Below are positions 9,390 to 19,577 of a stretch of 64,000 nt of DNA, piece after piece. Origin of the DNA: Nitrospiraceae bacterium (GTDB taxonomy: Bacteria; Nitrospirota; Nitrospiria; Nitrospirales; Nitrospiraceae); contig JBBIQV010000003.1 of NCBI GenBank assembly GCA_037442105.1, positions 63,670 through 127,669 of the forward strand. The letters run 5' to 3'. The notes beneath the pieces were generated by a model, which saw nothing but the letters and a program-made list of their open reading frames with translations, did no database searches and was not told where the DNA came from. The translations under genes and the position numbers were made by a program. The first letter of the stretch is position 1; every line of letters begins with the position of its first letter.

Positions 9390-10583
9390 ATGCAGTACCA
9401 GGTGAAAGCGCTCCACGGTTTCGGCGGCATCGAAGGACTGACCGTCGATGCGCTCGACGTGGACGAGGCGAGACGTCAGGTCGAGCGGATGGGCTACCAG
9501 GTCCTGACTCTGAAGCCGAAACGTGAGTGGGCCGGTTTGTCTTTTTCACCTCGATCGCAAACCTTCCCTCTTGTTCTGTTCAGTCAGGAGCTGGTCGCTT
9601 TGCTGGGGGCAGGCCTGTCGCTTCTGGAGGCGCTCGAAACACTCGCCGAAAAGGAACGACGCCCTGATCTCAATCGGATCCTTCAGGACATCTTGACTAA
9701 ACTTCGTGAAGGCCAGCCGCTCTCGGTCGCGCTCCAGCACTTCCCGAGAAGTTTTACGCCGCTGTACGTTGCGACCATCCGGGCGAGCGAGCGGACCGGC
9801 GACCTCGGCGAGGCCCTCACCCGCTTCGTCGTCTATCAATCTCAATTGGAAAGCGTCCGCAAGAAACTCGTCAGTGCGTCGATCTACCCCCTGGTGCTGT
9901 TGGCGACCGGCGGTCTGGTGATGGCGTTCTTACTGTTCTACGTGGTGCCGAAATTCAGCCGTGTCTATGAAGACGTCCGCGGAAATCTCCCGTTCCTCTC
10001 CCAGCTCTTGCTCCAATGGGGAAAATTGCTCGAGGCCCATGGCAGTGAAGTCCTGATGGGGGGACTGCTCGCGATCGCCGGATGTGTCTACGGAATCACG
10101 CGGCCGGCGGTGAAAGGGTGGGCGATTGAACGATTGTGGGCTGTCCCCTCCCTCGGAAGCCGCTGGCACGTCTATGAACTCGCCCGGTTCTATCGCACGC
10201 TCGGCATGTTGCTCAGAGGCGGCATCCCCATCGTGCAGGCGCTCGGCATGGTGGCGGGACTGCTGCCACCCATGCTGCGCAGCCAGCTCTCGCTCGCGAC
10301 CGGCGATATTCGCGAAGGGAAGTCTGTGTCGCATGCGATGGAGCGACGCGGACTGACGACGCCGGTTGCGCTGCGGATGTTGCGCGTGGGCGAGCGCAGC
10401 GGCCAAATGGGCGAGATGATGGAGCGCATTGCCGCATTTTACGACGAGGAAATCGCCCGATGGGTCGAGTGGCTGAGCCGCCTCATCGAACCGGTGTTGA
10501 TGGCGGTGATCGGCCTCGTAATCGGGACGATCGTCGTGCTGATGTACTTTCCCATTTTCGAATTGGCGGGGAGCATTCAATGA
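9390..10583 (+). CDS. gspF: Type II secretion inner-membrane platform protein
   Basis: Two T2SSF domains (ASERTGDL, VGERSGQM), ASIYP and IEPVLM transmembrane segments. Confidence 0.92.
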   Translation: MQYQVKALHGFGGIEGLTVDALDVDEARRQVERMGYQVLTLKPKREWAGLSFSPRSQTFPLVLFSQELVALLGAGLSLLEALETLAEKERRPDLNRILQDILTKLREGQPLSVALQHFPRSFTPLYVATIRASERTGDLGEALTRFVVYQSQLESVRKKLVSASIYPLVLLATGGLVMAFLLFYVVPKFSRVYEDVRGNLPFLSQLLLQWGKLLEAHGSEVLMGGLLAIAGCVYGITRPAVKGWAIERLWAVPSLGSRWHVYELARFYRTLGMLLRGGIPIVQALGMVAGLLPPMLRSQLSLATGDIREGKSVSHAMERRGLTTPVALRMLRVGERSGQMGEMMERIAAFYDEEIARWVEWLSRLIEPVLMAVIGLVIGTIVVLMYFPIFELAGSIQ

Positions 10584-12295
10584 ACGGAACCGTTGTGATG
10601 AAGGAGACCGACCTCGCGCTCGACGTGCAGGCCAGTTTTCCTGTCAGCCTCATTCGCCAGGCGCGGGAGGAGGCCGCGCGTTCCAACCGGCGGGTGGTTG
10701 AAGTGTTGGAGGAGCAGACGGGGCTTGCTCCGGCTGCCTTCGTGTCCGCGCTTGCAGCCACGTTTCACTACCCTGCTTTACCGGCTGATGCCCTGAACCG
10801 GCTCACCCCCGACTTTCAGTTGCTGCCGTACTCTGAGGCGCTCAAGTGCGAGTGCATGGCCGTCCGCGACCACGAACGGCGCCTGGGGATCGCCTTTTGG
10901 GACCCGTTTGAGCCGGCGCGGCAAGCCGGGCTGGAACAGCGGATCGCCGAGCCCTTCGTGTGGCACCTCGTGCACCGCGCGGACTTTAGCGCGTACCTCG
11001 GGCGGTACGAAGAGTCGCTCCGCGCGATGGACGGTCTGGTGCGCGACGCGGAACAGGAGCATCGCACGGCCGGGGCCGTCGAGGACCTGTCCATCAAGTC
11101 CATCAGCGTGGATACCAGTCCCGTCGTCAAACTTGTTCACTCGACCATCTACGATGCGCTGAAGGCCGGCGCGAGCGACATCCATTTGGAGACGGGGCCG
11201 AGCGGCCTCAAGATCAAGTACCGGATCGACGGGATGCTGGCTTCCGTGGGAGGGGTGGAAGGCCTCGATCTCGCCGAGCAGATCATCTCCCGCATCAAGG
11301 TCATGGCGGATCTCGACATTGCGGAGCACCGGATTCCTCAGGACGGGCGGTTCAAGCTGGCGATCAGGGGAAGGACGGTGGATTTCCGCGTCTCGATCAT
11401 GCCCAGCGCCTATGGCGAAGACTCCGTCGTGCGGATCTTGGACAAGCAATCCCTTGCGGACAGAATTCTGGGCCTGCGTCTCGACAGTCTGGGATTCGAT
11501 GAGGTTGCGGTGACCCAGTTGCGACGCCTCGCCTCCGAGCCCTATGGCATGATGCTGGTCACCGGTCCGACCGGCAGCGGAAAGACGACCACTCTCTATG
11601 CCGTGCTCAGTGAGATCAACAAGGGCCACGACAAGATCATCACCATCGAGGACCCGGTGGAGTATCAGTTGCCGGGTATTCTGCAGATTCCTGTGAACGA
11701 GAAGAAGGGACTCACTTTTTCCCGAGGTCTGCGCTCGATCCTGCGGCACGACCCGGACAAAATCATGGTCGGCGAGATCCGCGATTCCGAAACCGCGCAA
11801 ATCGCCGTTCAGTCGGCCCTGACGGGGCATCTCGTGTTCGCCACCGTCCACGCCAACAACGTGCTGGACATCATCGGTCGCTTCATCCACATGGGGGTGG
11901 ACCCGTATAACTTTGTCTCGGCGTTGAACGGCGTTATGGCGCAGCGTCTGATTCGGCTGGTCTGCGCGAGCTGTGCCGAACCGGATCGCACGTCTCCAAA
12001 GGCGCTCGCTGCTTCCGGCCTGGCCGGGGAACACGTCGCCTCCTTCCATTTCCGGATCGGCCGAGGCTGCGGGCAGTGTCACGGCAGCGGCTACAAGGGG
12101 CGGAAGGCCATTACCGAGATCCTTCATCTGAACGACGATATCCGCGAGCGCATTATCGCGAAGGAGCCGATCCGCCGGATCAAGGAGGCAGCGCGCGCAT
12201 CCGGCATGCGGTTCTTGCGCGAAGCGGCGCTGGAGCTTGTACGCAACGGCGAAACGACGCTGGAGGAGATCAACCGTGTCACTTTTGTGGCGTGA
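10580..12295 (+). CDS. gspE: Type II secretion ATPase
   Basis: ASDIHLE, RIPQDGR, Walker A GPTGSGKTTT, TIEDPVE, LRHDPDKIMVGEIRD, CxxC...CxxC zinc motif. Confidence 0.95.
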   Translation: MNGTVVMKETDLALDVQASFPVSLIRQAREEAARSNRRVVEVLEEQTGLAPAAFVSALAATFHYPALPADALNRLTPDFQLLPYSEALKCECMAVRDHERRLGIAFWDPFEPARQAGLEQRIAEPFVWHLVHRADFSAYLGRYEESLRAMDGLVRDAEQEHRTAGAVEDLSIKSISVDTSPVVKLVHSTIYDALKAGASDIHLETGPSGLKIKYRIDGMLASVGGVEGLDLAEQIISRIKVMADLDIAEHRIPQDGRFKLAIRGRTVDFRVSIMPSAYGEDSVVRILDKQSLADRILGLRLDSLGFDEVAVTQLRRLASEPYGMMLVTGPTGSGKTTTLYAVLSEINKGHDKIITIEDPVEYQLPGILQIPVNEKKGLTFSRGLRSILRHDPDKIMVGEIRDSETAQIAVQSALTGHLVFATVHANNVLDIIGRFIHMGVDPYNFVSALNGVMAQRLIRLVCASCAEPDRTSPKALAASGLAGEHVASFHFRIGRGCGQCHGSGYKGRKAITEILHLNDDIRERIIAKEPIRRIKEAARASGMRFLREAALELVRNGETTLEEINRVTFVA

Positions 12296-13088
12296 TCGGG
12301 TCCAGGCGTTGCTCGGTCCCCATCAGGTAACGCTTGCGCGGTGGCAGCGCGGCCTGCGCGCGCAGGCAGTCGCGCGCACGATCCTGCATCTTTCTCCGCT
12401 CCCTCCGGGTTCGACAAACTGGACGGAGGCTGTGGCGCGGCTCGGAGAGGCTCTGCTGCAGCCGGAATGGTCGAAAGCCGATCTCTCGGTCACCCTCTCG
12501 AATCATCTCGTTCGGTACGCGGTCGTGCCCTGGAACGACCGGCTCAGCGACGAGACGGAGCAGTCGGCGTTCGCGCTCCAGTGCTTTGCAAGGGTGTACG
12601 GGCTGCCGGCGCAGAGCTGCGCGGTTCGGGTCAGTCTCGATAAGGCCGGCTCGCCTTTCCTGGCCGGCGCCGTGGATCGGGGACTGCTGGACGAATTGGA
12701 AAACATTGCCGGTCAATGTGGTCTCAGGCTGCTCTCTGTAAAGCCGTTGCTGATGGAACTCTTTAATCGCTGGCGGAGGCGGTTCACCGAAGCAGTCCAG
12801 TGGGTCTGTATCGTCGAGGAGGGGCTGGTGTGTGCTGCGCTAGTCGGCCGCGATCACTGGATCGTGGTGCGGTCCATGCGGGTTCGATCGGACTGGCCGT
12901 CCGAACTGGTGGCGTTGCTTGAACGCGAGCAGTTCGTCACGGACGACGCATCATTTGCGCAAACAGTGTTCTTGTACGTCGCGAATGGCGTCGATGTCGA
13001 TCTGCCCACGAACCAGTGGGTGGTCCGTCGTCTGTATTGGTCGCCGCAGGATGTGTCCGCGCTCTCGGTGATGCCATGCGTCCGTTGA
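12276..13088 (+). CDS. T2SS assembly-platform protein, GspL/PilM-like cytoplasmic component
   Basis: GTG start after ggagg, overlapping the gspE end; operon position. Function inferred from synteny. Confidence 0.6.
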   Translation: MSLLWRDRVQALLGPHQVTLARWQRGLRAQAVARTILHLSPLPPGSTNWTEAVARLGEALLQPEWSKADLSVTLSNHLVRYAVVPWNDRLSDETEQSAFALQCFARVYGLPAQSCAVRVSLDKAGSPFLAGAVDRGLLDELENIAGQCGLRLLSVKPLLMELFNRWRRRFTEAVQWVCIVEEGLVCAALVGRDHWIVVRSMRVRSDWPSELVALLEREQFVTDDASFAQTVFLYVANGVDVDLPTNQWVVRRLYWSPQDVSALSVMPCVR

Positions 13089-13621
13089 TGCTCGACTACC
13101 GGACCGGGCGGCCCTCCGTGAACGGCCAAGGACTGCTGTGGCTTGCGGCCGGGCTCTCGGTGCTCGTCTCGGTCGGCATGTACTACGTGGAACTGGTTCA
13201 GGGCATCGAACAGTATGGAGGGCGGATCGAGACCCTCCGCTCCTTCGTGTCCCGCAACGTGCAAGGGGAAAAACAGGCGGCAGGGGATGCAAAACTGCTT
13301 CAGGCGGAGATGAAAGAGGCTAAGGCGGTTCTCCGGCGCCTCTCGGTCCCGTGGGATGAATTCTTCCGCGCCTTGGAGGAGGCGACTCGCCGGCACGCGG
13401 AGGGAATCAGGGTTATCGATGTGCAGCCGGACGCGGAAAAGGGACATGTCGTGATCAACGGGGAATCCAAAGATTTCGATGTGCTGCTCGATTATGTCGT
13501 GCAGCTTGGACAGGACGACATTCTGCGTCATGTCCGGCTTGTGAATCATCAGATTCAGCGTGAGGCGCCGGGGAAACCTGTTCGATTCTCGGTCGTCGCG
13601 GAATGGAGGGCCGGGTCGTGA
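13076..13621 (+). CDS. PilN/GspL-periplasmic-like bitopic protein
   Basis: One TM, coiled coil, PWDEFFRALE followed by a ferredoxin-like beta-alpha pattern. Confidence 0.7.
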   Translation: MRPLMLDYRTGRPSVNGQGLLWLAAGLSVLVSVGMYYVELVQGIEQYGGRIETLRSFVSRNVQGEKQAAGDAKLLQAEMKEAKAVLRRLSVPWDEFFRALEEATRRHAEGIRVIDVQPDAEKGHVVINGESKDFDVLLDYVVQLGQDDILRHVRLVNHQIQREAPGKPVRFSVVAEWRAGS

Positions 13622-14301
13622 TTCAAAAGGAGCTCGTCCGGAGCGATGCGCCGCAAGTTCGGATGAACACGGTCCCAGCCGCTGCGTCTGGAACGCTCCC
13701 TGCTCCGGCTGCGCTCCCAGGGAGNNNNNNNNNNNNNNNNNNNTTGTCCACCGGTCGTGTACGGTGGGTTCTTCGTCTCTGGATCATGAGGCTGGGAACG
13801 GTCGGGAAGCTTGGTCTGGGGCTGGCGACACTCGGCGGCGTGTTCTACGTCTCCGCTGTGTTACCGGCTGTGTCTGAACTGCGTGAAGCAAAGGGGGAAC
13901 TGGCGGCGATGCAAGAGCGCGCCCAGCGTGACGCGGTTGTTGCCGCACCGGCCGGTTTGGGGCCGGCGGAAGAATTGGCGAAGTTCTACGGCTTCTTCCC
14001 CTCGGACCAATCTGTGCCGGACGCGCTGCGCACCATCTATCATCTGGGGATGGCGCAGAATCTTCAGCTCGAACAGGCCGACTATCGCGTGACTCTCGAG
14101 GGGCAGAGCCGGCTGTATCGCTACGACATCTCGTTCCCGGTCACAGGGACCTACCCGGAGATCAGGAGGTTTCTCCGGAGCGTGTCGGCAGCGGTGCCGG
14201 CAGCCGCTCTCGATAAGGTGACGTTTGAGCATCGCACGGGCAAACGTGACTTGGTTCAGGCGAAGGTCAGTCTCTTGCTCTTTGCGAAAAGAGACCAATG
14301 A
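13618..14301 (+). CDS. PilO/GspM-like bitopic protein (19-N gap near the 5' end; start uncertain)
   Basis: TM + coiled coil + FPVTGTYPEIRRFL (PilO-type G-Y motif). Confidence 0.7.
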   Translation: MIQKELVRSDAPQVRMNTVPAAASGTLPAPAALPGXXXXXXXLSTGRVRWVLRLWIMRLGTVGKLGLGLATLGGVFYVSAVLPAVSELREAKGELAAMQERAQRDAVVAAPAGLGPAEELAKFYGFFPSDQSVPDALRTIYHLGMAQNLQLEQADYRVTLEGQSRLYRYDISFPVTGTYPEIRRFLRSVSAAVPAAALDKVTFEHRTGKRDLVQAKVSLLLFAKRDQ

Positions 14302-15008
14302 TGGGATTCATCAGTTTGCGCCGGCTCACTCTCTTATGTCTTACGGCACTTGCCCTGAGAGGGTTTGCTCCCTCAGGGGAATCCGATCTGCCGTCCGGCA
14401 GGGTGGAGACTGCAAAACCCGCCGTTGAGGAGACAGCGACGTCGCCGCGCGGGTCGACATACTCTCCAGCCAAGGCTGTGCCGGTCAGCGCCGAACTGTC
14501 GCTTGGCCTGAACCGGCCGGAGCGGAAGCTCACCGAGGCAGAGGTATATGATCTATTCTCTAGAACGTCTCGATCGTCGCAGCCTACCTCACGCAAGCAG
14601 AAGCCCGAACCTAGAGCCGGCGCCACGGTGGAATCGGCTCCTACCGTGCAGCCGGATCCGGTTCTGCAGACGCCGCCTGAGCCTCCGGTGGTCACTGCTG
14701 CGGTTGCACCGCCTGCGGTCGCGCCAGTGGCCCCTCCGCCGCCACCCGTTGTGGTGGCTGCGCCGTTGCCGCCTGCGCCTCCGCCGGCTCCGATCGCTCC
14801 GGTCCTGCCGTTCAAGTATATCGGGAGGATTATGGAGGCGGGCCATTCGGTGTTTTTTCTGACGAAGGACGACAAGCTCTACACCGTGAAGGTCGGCGAT
14901 GAAATCGAGGGGATGTATTACGTTGACGGCGAAATAGGCGGCCAACTGAGGCTGATCTACAAACCGCTCAGTATTGCACAAACCTTAGCCGTGGGAGCGT
15001 CCTCATGA
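14298..15008 (+). CDS. Proline-rich T2SS accessory protein (GspC/PilP-like position)
   Basis: N-terminal hydrophobic segment, poly-Pro/Ala linker, C-terminal LPFKYIG...VKVGD domain; immediately upstream of the secretin. Confidence 0.6.
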   Translation: MMGFISLRRLTLLCLTALALRGFAPSGESDLPSGRVETAKPAVEETATSPRGSTYSPAKAVPVSAELSLGLNRPERKLTEAEVYDLFSRTSRSSQPTSRKQKPEPRAGATVESAPTVQPDPVLQTPPEPPVVTAAVAPPAVAPVAPPPPPVVVAAPLPPAPPPAPIAPVLPFKYIGRIMEAGHSVFFLTKDDKLYTVKVGDEIEGMYYVDGEIGGQLRLIYKPLSIAQTLAVGASS

Positions 15009-17041
15009 ACACAACAATGAAGACGATTCTAGGCCGGTCGCAGCGGTATGTCGTATGGCTCGTCATCGGGGTTGCTTTATCAGCATGTACGGTCGACCGG
15101 CTCTATCAGCAAGCGCTCGTGGATTTCGATTCGGGACGGGTCGAAGAGGGCCTGCAGAAGCTGGAAAATGCCAGCCACCTGGACCCTGACAATCACGCCT
15201 TGCGCGCCGAATTACAGAGGCGGAAAGAATCGATCATCTACCGCTTGCTGCGCGTCGCCGAGACGGCTCGCTCGGCATCCCGGTTCCGGGAAGCCGAAGC
15301 CGGGTATCAGCGCGTGCTGGCTCTCGACGAGAAGAATTCGAGCGCCCGCACCGGGCTCGACCTCATTGAGCAAGGGCGTCGGCATGAGGCTCTCGTGACC
15401 GTTGCCAAGGATCTGCTGAGGCAGAATGATCTCGCCGGGGCTCAGAGCAAGCTGAGTCAGATACTGGTGGCCGATCCAAAGCATGCAGAGGCAATCCGGT
15501 TACTTCATGACATCGAGGATCGCCTGGTCCGAAACGCTTCTGCAAAGCCGGTGGTCAAACCGAAACAAGAGAAGCCGGTGAATCTGGAGTTCCGCGATGC
15601 CAAGCTGGCCATGATGTTTGAAGCCCTGTCGCGCACGAGCGGGATTAATTTCGTGCTGGATAAAGACGTGAAGGGTGACACGAAGGCTTCGATTTTTCTG
15701 AAAGACCTGCCGGTGGACGAGGCGCTCGACTTGATCATCTCGCAGCAAGCACTTCGCAAGAAGGTGCTCAGCGACAATACGATCCTGGTGTATCCCAACA
15801 CTCCCGACAAGCGAAAACAGTACGAGGACCAGATGGTCCGGTCGTTCTACTTGACCCACGCCGATCCCAAACAAGCAATGAATCTCCTTAAGGTCATGCT
15901 CGACACCAAGGTGCTCTTCGTGGACGACCGTTCAAGGCTGGTCATTATGCGGGATACTCCTGAAGCGATCCAGATGGCCGAAAAGCTGATGGGGTCGCTC
16001 GATCTGCCGGAGTCGGAGGTCATGCTGGAGGTCGAGGTGATCGAGATTCAGCGTTCGAAACTGATGGAACTCGGCATCAAGTACCCGACTCAGTGGACAT
16101 TGAGCGCAGCAGCCGCCGCGACGACGGGGGGGACAGCGAGCGCGCTCACCCTCGACCAACTCCTGAAGTTGACCAAAGAACAAGTGAATTCTTCGGCGGT
16201 CAGTGTCACGGCGGATTTCAAGAAGGAGGTCACGGCGGCCGATATCCTGGCAAGTCCTCGGATCAGGGCCCGCAACCGCGAGAAAGCGAAAATCCTCATC
16301 GGCGATCGGGTTCCTGTGATCACAAACGCCGTCACTCCCACGACCGTCGGGTCGAGCGTCGTCACCGGGAGCGTGCAGTATGTCGATGTGGGTCTCAAGC
16401 TCGATGTGGAGCCCGTCATTCATCGCGACAACGATGTCGCCATCAAACTGACGCTCGAAGTCAGCAGCATCGTGCGAGAGATTCTGAACACGATCTCAGG
16501 AACTCAGGCGTACCAGATCGGGACGCGCACCGCCTCCACTCTCCTTCAGCTCAAGGACGGCGAGACTCAGATACTTGCCGGTTTGCTCACCGATGAAGAA
16601 CGCCGGATATCGAGCCGGATTCCCGGCATCGGCGACATTCCGATCCTGGGGCGCTTGTTCTCTTCGCAACGTGACGACAACAGGAAGTCGGAAATTGTCC
16701 TGTCGATCACGCCACATCTGATCCGTGCGGCACCGCACCCTGATCCTCATGCAGCCGAATTTCTGTTCGGGACGGAATCCATGCGCAGCGGTCCGCTCGG
16801 TATGAAACTGCCGGATGAACCGCGGGCTTTTCCGAATCAATCGCGAAGCGCGCCGGCCGTGGCGCCGTCTCCTCCCATGGATGTGCCCTCGCCTGCTGCT
16901 CAACCTCCGGCTCCGCGCGACTTGTTCACGCCGCCCCCGGTGTTCGATCCAGGAGCATCGACGCCGCAGGGGGGGAACCACCCACAGGATTCCGGCGAGC
17001 CGTCGAACTCGGAGCGAATCGTTCCGGAATCGGGAAACTGA
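15005..17041 (+). CDS. gspD: Secretin with lipoprotein signal and N-terminal TPR region
   Basis: Lipobox LSAC; helical repeats; LEFRDA STN/N0 domain; ILASPRI, IGDRVP, IPGIGDIPILGRLFS and ITPH secretin motifs. Confidence 0.9.
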   Translation: MNTTMKTILGRSQRYVVWLVIGVALSACTVDRLYQQALVDFDSGRVEEGLQKLENASHLDPDNHALRAELQRRKESIIYRLLRVAETARSASRFREAEAGYQRVLALDEKNSSARTGLDLIEQGRRHEALVTVAKDLLRQNDLAGAQSKLSQILVADPKHAEAIRLLHDIEDRLVRNASAKPVVKPKQEKPVNLEFRDAKLAMMFEALSRTSGINFVLDKDVKGDTKASIFLKDLPVDEALDLIISQQALRKKVLSDNTILVYPNTPDKRKQYEDQMVRSFYLTHADPKQAMNLLKVMLDTKVLFVDDRSRLVIMRDTPEAIQMAEKLMGSLDLPESEVMLEVEVIEIQRSKLMELGIKYPTQWTLSAAAAATTGGTASALTLDQLLKLTKEQVNSSAVSVTADFKKEVTAADILASPRIRARNREKAKILIGDRVPVITNAVTPTTVGSSVVTGSVQYVDVGLKLDVEPVIHRDNDVAIKLTLEVSSIVREILNTISGTQAYQIGTRTASTLLQLKDGETQILAGLLTDEERRISSRIPGIGDIPILGRLFSSQRDDNRKSEIVLSITPHLIRAAPHPDPHAAEFLFGTESMRSGPLGMKLPDEPRAFPNQSRSAPAVAPSPPMDVPSPAAQPPAPRDLFTPPPVFDPGASTPQGGNHPQDSGEPSNSERIVPESGN

Positions 17042-17053
17042 CCGAGGGTCGTG

Positions 17054-17530
17054 ATGGCGGACGGCAAGAACGGATTCACATTGATCGAACTGGTGATCAC
17101 GGTGTCGATCATCGGCGTCCTGGCCACGGCCGCGCTCCCCCTGGCCAATCTGGTCTCAACGCGGAACAAGGAGCAGGACCTCCGTGTAGCCCTGCGGCAA
17201 CTCCGCGAGGCTATTGATGCGTACCGGCTGGCCGTGGACGAAGGTCGGGTTACCAAAGGGGCTCTCGATTCAGGTTACCCCAAGACGCTTGAATCGTTGG
17301 TCGAGGGCGTGGTGGATGCAAAGAATCCGAAGAAGGCAAAGATCTATTTTCTACGGCGCATTCCCCGCGACCCGATGCACGCGGATCCCTCCGTGCCGGC
17401 GGTCGAGACGTGGGGAATTCGCAGCTATGAAAGTCCGCCGGATGATCCGAGCCCCGGCAACGATGTTTTCGACGTATATTCCCTGTCGCAAGATCAAGGA
17501 CTGAACGGGATTCCATATTCGCAATGGTAG
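17054..17530 (+). CDS. T2SS pseudopilin
   Basis: GFTLIELVIT prepilin motif; YPKTLESLV, LRRIPRDP. Confidence 0.85.
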   Translation: MADGKNGFTLIELVITVSIIGVLATAALPLANLVSTRNKEQDLRVALRQLREAIDAYRLAVDEGRVTKGALDSGYPKTLESLVEGVVDAKNPKKAKIYFLRRIPRDPMHADPSVPAVETWGIRSYESPPDDPSPGNDVFDVYSLSQDQGLNGIPYSQW

Positions 17531-17537
17531 GGGTTTG

Positions 17538-17930
17538 ATGCGCTGGTCCAAACGTCTCACGCACACTGTCGGCTTTACCCTCATTGAACTGCTGGTGGTC
17601 TTGGCCATCATCGCCACCCTGCTGACCCTGACGATGCCCCGCTATGTCCGCACCCTTGAGCGATCGAAGGAGGCGGTGCTCAAAGAGAATCTCTGGACGA
17701 TGCGCGACGCGCTCGACAAATACTACGGCGACGTCGGCCGGTACCCGGATTCTCTGGACGATTTGGTGACGAAGAAATATCTGCGCAATATCCCCCTTGA
17801 TCCTCTCACGGACAGCGCTTCGACATGGCAGGTCGTGTCGCCCGCCGATCCGGATCAAGGATCGGTCTACAACGTCAAAAGCGGGGCTGCAGGAACCGGC
17901 CTCAACGGTGTGGCCTACAATGAGTGGTGA
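17538..17930 (+). CDS. T2SS pseudopilin (GspG-like)
   Basis: GFTLIELLVV motif; DVGRYPDSLDDLV, YLRNIPLDP. Confidence 0.85.
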   Translation: MRWSKRLTHTVGFTLIELLVVLAIIATLLTLTMPRYVRTLERSKEAVLKENLWTMRDALDKYYGDVGRYPDSLDDLVTKKYLRNIPLDPLTDSASTWQVVSPADPDQGSVYNVKSGAAGTGLNGVAYNEW

Positions 17931-18594
17931 CGCCGTGACTGGGGGGAGAAGCGGTGGGTTCCGAATCATCCGGTCCGATGAGGAGGGATTCACCTACCTC
18001 GGTGTCTTGATCGCGCTCGCGATGCTGGGAACGAACCTCGCCCTTGCAGGAGTCATTTGGCATTTTGCGCAGCAGCGTGTGAAGGAAGGTGAACTGCTGT
18101 TTATCGGCAATCAGTTCAGGACCGCCATCGGGAGGTACTACCTCAATCAGCTTGGCCCGCAGAAAGAATATCCCAAGAAGCTGGAAGACCTGCTGCGTGA
18201 CCCCCGACACCCAGGGACGGTCCACTATCTTCGAAAACTCTATACGGATCCGATGACAGGTTCGAAGGACTGGGGGCTTCTCAAGACTCCGGACGGGAGC
18301 ATCTTGGGGGTGTACAGCAAGTCTGACCGGGCCCCGATCAAACAGGCGAATTTCGGTCCTAGTGGTCGAAACCTCGAACACAAGTCCAAGTACTCGGAGT
18401 GGAAGTTCGTCTATTTACCCGGTCAGCCACTGGGCAATTCGGCATCAAGCCAATTCGCGGATCAGAACCCTCTTGGCAGTCAGATCCCAAATCCCAACGT
18501 GCCGATCGTGGAGCGGCCCCAACCGGGTCCGTTTGGAACTCCTTCGTCGGCTGATCCACAAGCTCTTCCGAACGGAGGTCGCCAGACACCATGA
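17920..18594 (+). CDS. T2SS minor pseudopilin lacking Glu+5 (GspK-like position)
   Basis: GFTYLGVLIAL prepilin-like motif; YLRKLYTDP. Confidence 0.8.
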   Translation: MSGDAVTGGRSGGFRIIRSDEEGFTYLGVLIALAMLGTNLALAGVIWHFAQQRVKEGELLFIGNQFRTAIGRYYLNQLGPQKEYPKKLEDLLRDPRHPGTVHYLRKLYTDPMTGSKDWGLLKTPDGSILGVYSKSDRAPIKQANFGPSGRNLEHKSKYSEWKFVYLPGQPLGNSASSQFADQNPLGSQIPNPNVPIVERPQPGPFGTPSSADPQALPNGGRQTP

Positions 18595-19559
18595 CAGACT
18601 CGGTGCATAGTATGAAGTTCCCTCACTCCGACATCGTCCTTCGGGGACGCATAGAAACCGTGCATTCCGGCGAAGGGCTGCAGGAGGGGGGTGGGATTGG
18701 AGGTACAGGGATCGCGGCCTCTGGCGGCGACAGGCCAGGTCGCGGGCCTCGGCGGCATTTTCGTGTTGTGAATGGAGGTGCCAGCACCGGGACGCTGACC
18801 CTTGTAGGATTCTCGGGGGTGGCGGTGCAGGTGAACCGCCGGACGAGGTTCAAAGGTGTCGGGGTTCCCACCGAGCTGAGCGATCTCAATCCTGGAGACT
18901 GCGTCAAGGTCCTGGGATGTCAATACATGAACAACTACGTCATCGCTGCGGAGGTAGAGCGCACGGCTGCTACTGCCCAGGCCGCTCTTCAGGGCCCAGT
19001 GGACTCAGCGACCGAACCTGTCGTGGTGATCCTGGGAATGGTCGTCGACACGACGGCGATTCAGGAGAACAAATTTAAGGGGATGGACGGAACCTCCGCT
19101 GGGCGTCAGGCCTTCTTTCATGCGTTGGCTAGAGGTATGATAGTGGAGCTGGAGGGGACTCTGGCGGGGGGTATTGTTGCCTGGACCGAGGCCGAAGTCA
19201 GGAGCAAAGTCATGAAACCGCTCGGGTGGGAGTGGCAGGCCAGGGAGAGCAACGATCGACATCATGATCGAGCGGCCCTGATGAGAGTCATTGAGTACGA
19301 GATGGTCAACGAGTTCGGTGCGAGGAAGAATCGAAGCGACAGAGGCAAAGCCCTTTCGGTCAACATTAGTCGAGGCGGAATGTTGGTTTTGATGGATCGA
19401 AGGCCGGCGATCGACCAACCGATGAAGGTCTTTATGCCCACGCCCAGCAAGCCGGTCAATATTCCGACGCTGGTTGATGTCCGATGGAGCAGGAGGCTGC
19501 CGCTTCCGACCGGCAAGACTCGTGATGTTTATTTTGTGGGGCTGAGATTCGTCTTGTGA
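18591..19559 (+). CDS. DUF5666-like beta-repeat protein fused to a C-terminal PilZ domain
   Basis: GGIGGTGI and L-PGD-VKV-G / G-IVELEG repeats; RHHDR and NISRGG PilZ motifs. Confidence 0.6.
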   Translation: MTDSVHSMKFPHSDIVLRGRIETVHSGEGLQEGGGIGGTGIAASGGDRPGRGPRRHFRVVNGGASTGTLTLVGFSGVAVQVNRRTRFKGVGVPTELSDLNPGDCVKVLGCQYMNNYVIAAEVERTAATAQAALQGPVDSATEPVVVILGMVVDTTAIQENKFKGMDGTSAGRQAFFHALARGMIVELEGTLAGGIVAWTEAEVRSKVMKPLGWEWQARESNDRHHDRAALMRVIEYEMVNEFGARKNRSDRGKALSVNISRGGMLVLMDRRPAIDQPMKVFMPTPSKPVNIPTLVDVRWSRRLPLPTGKTRDVYFVGLRFVL

Positions 19560-19577
19560 GCCCTCGCGAGGAATTGG

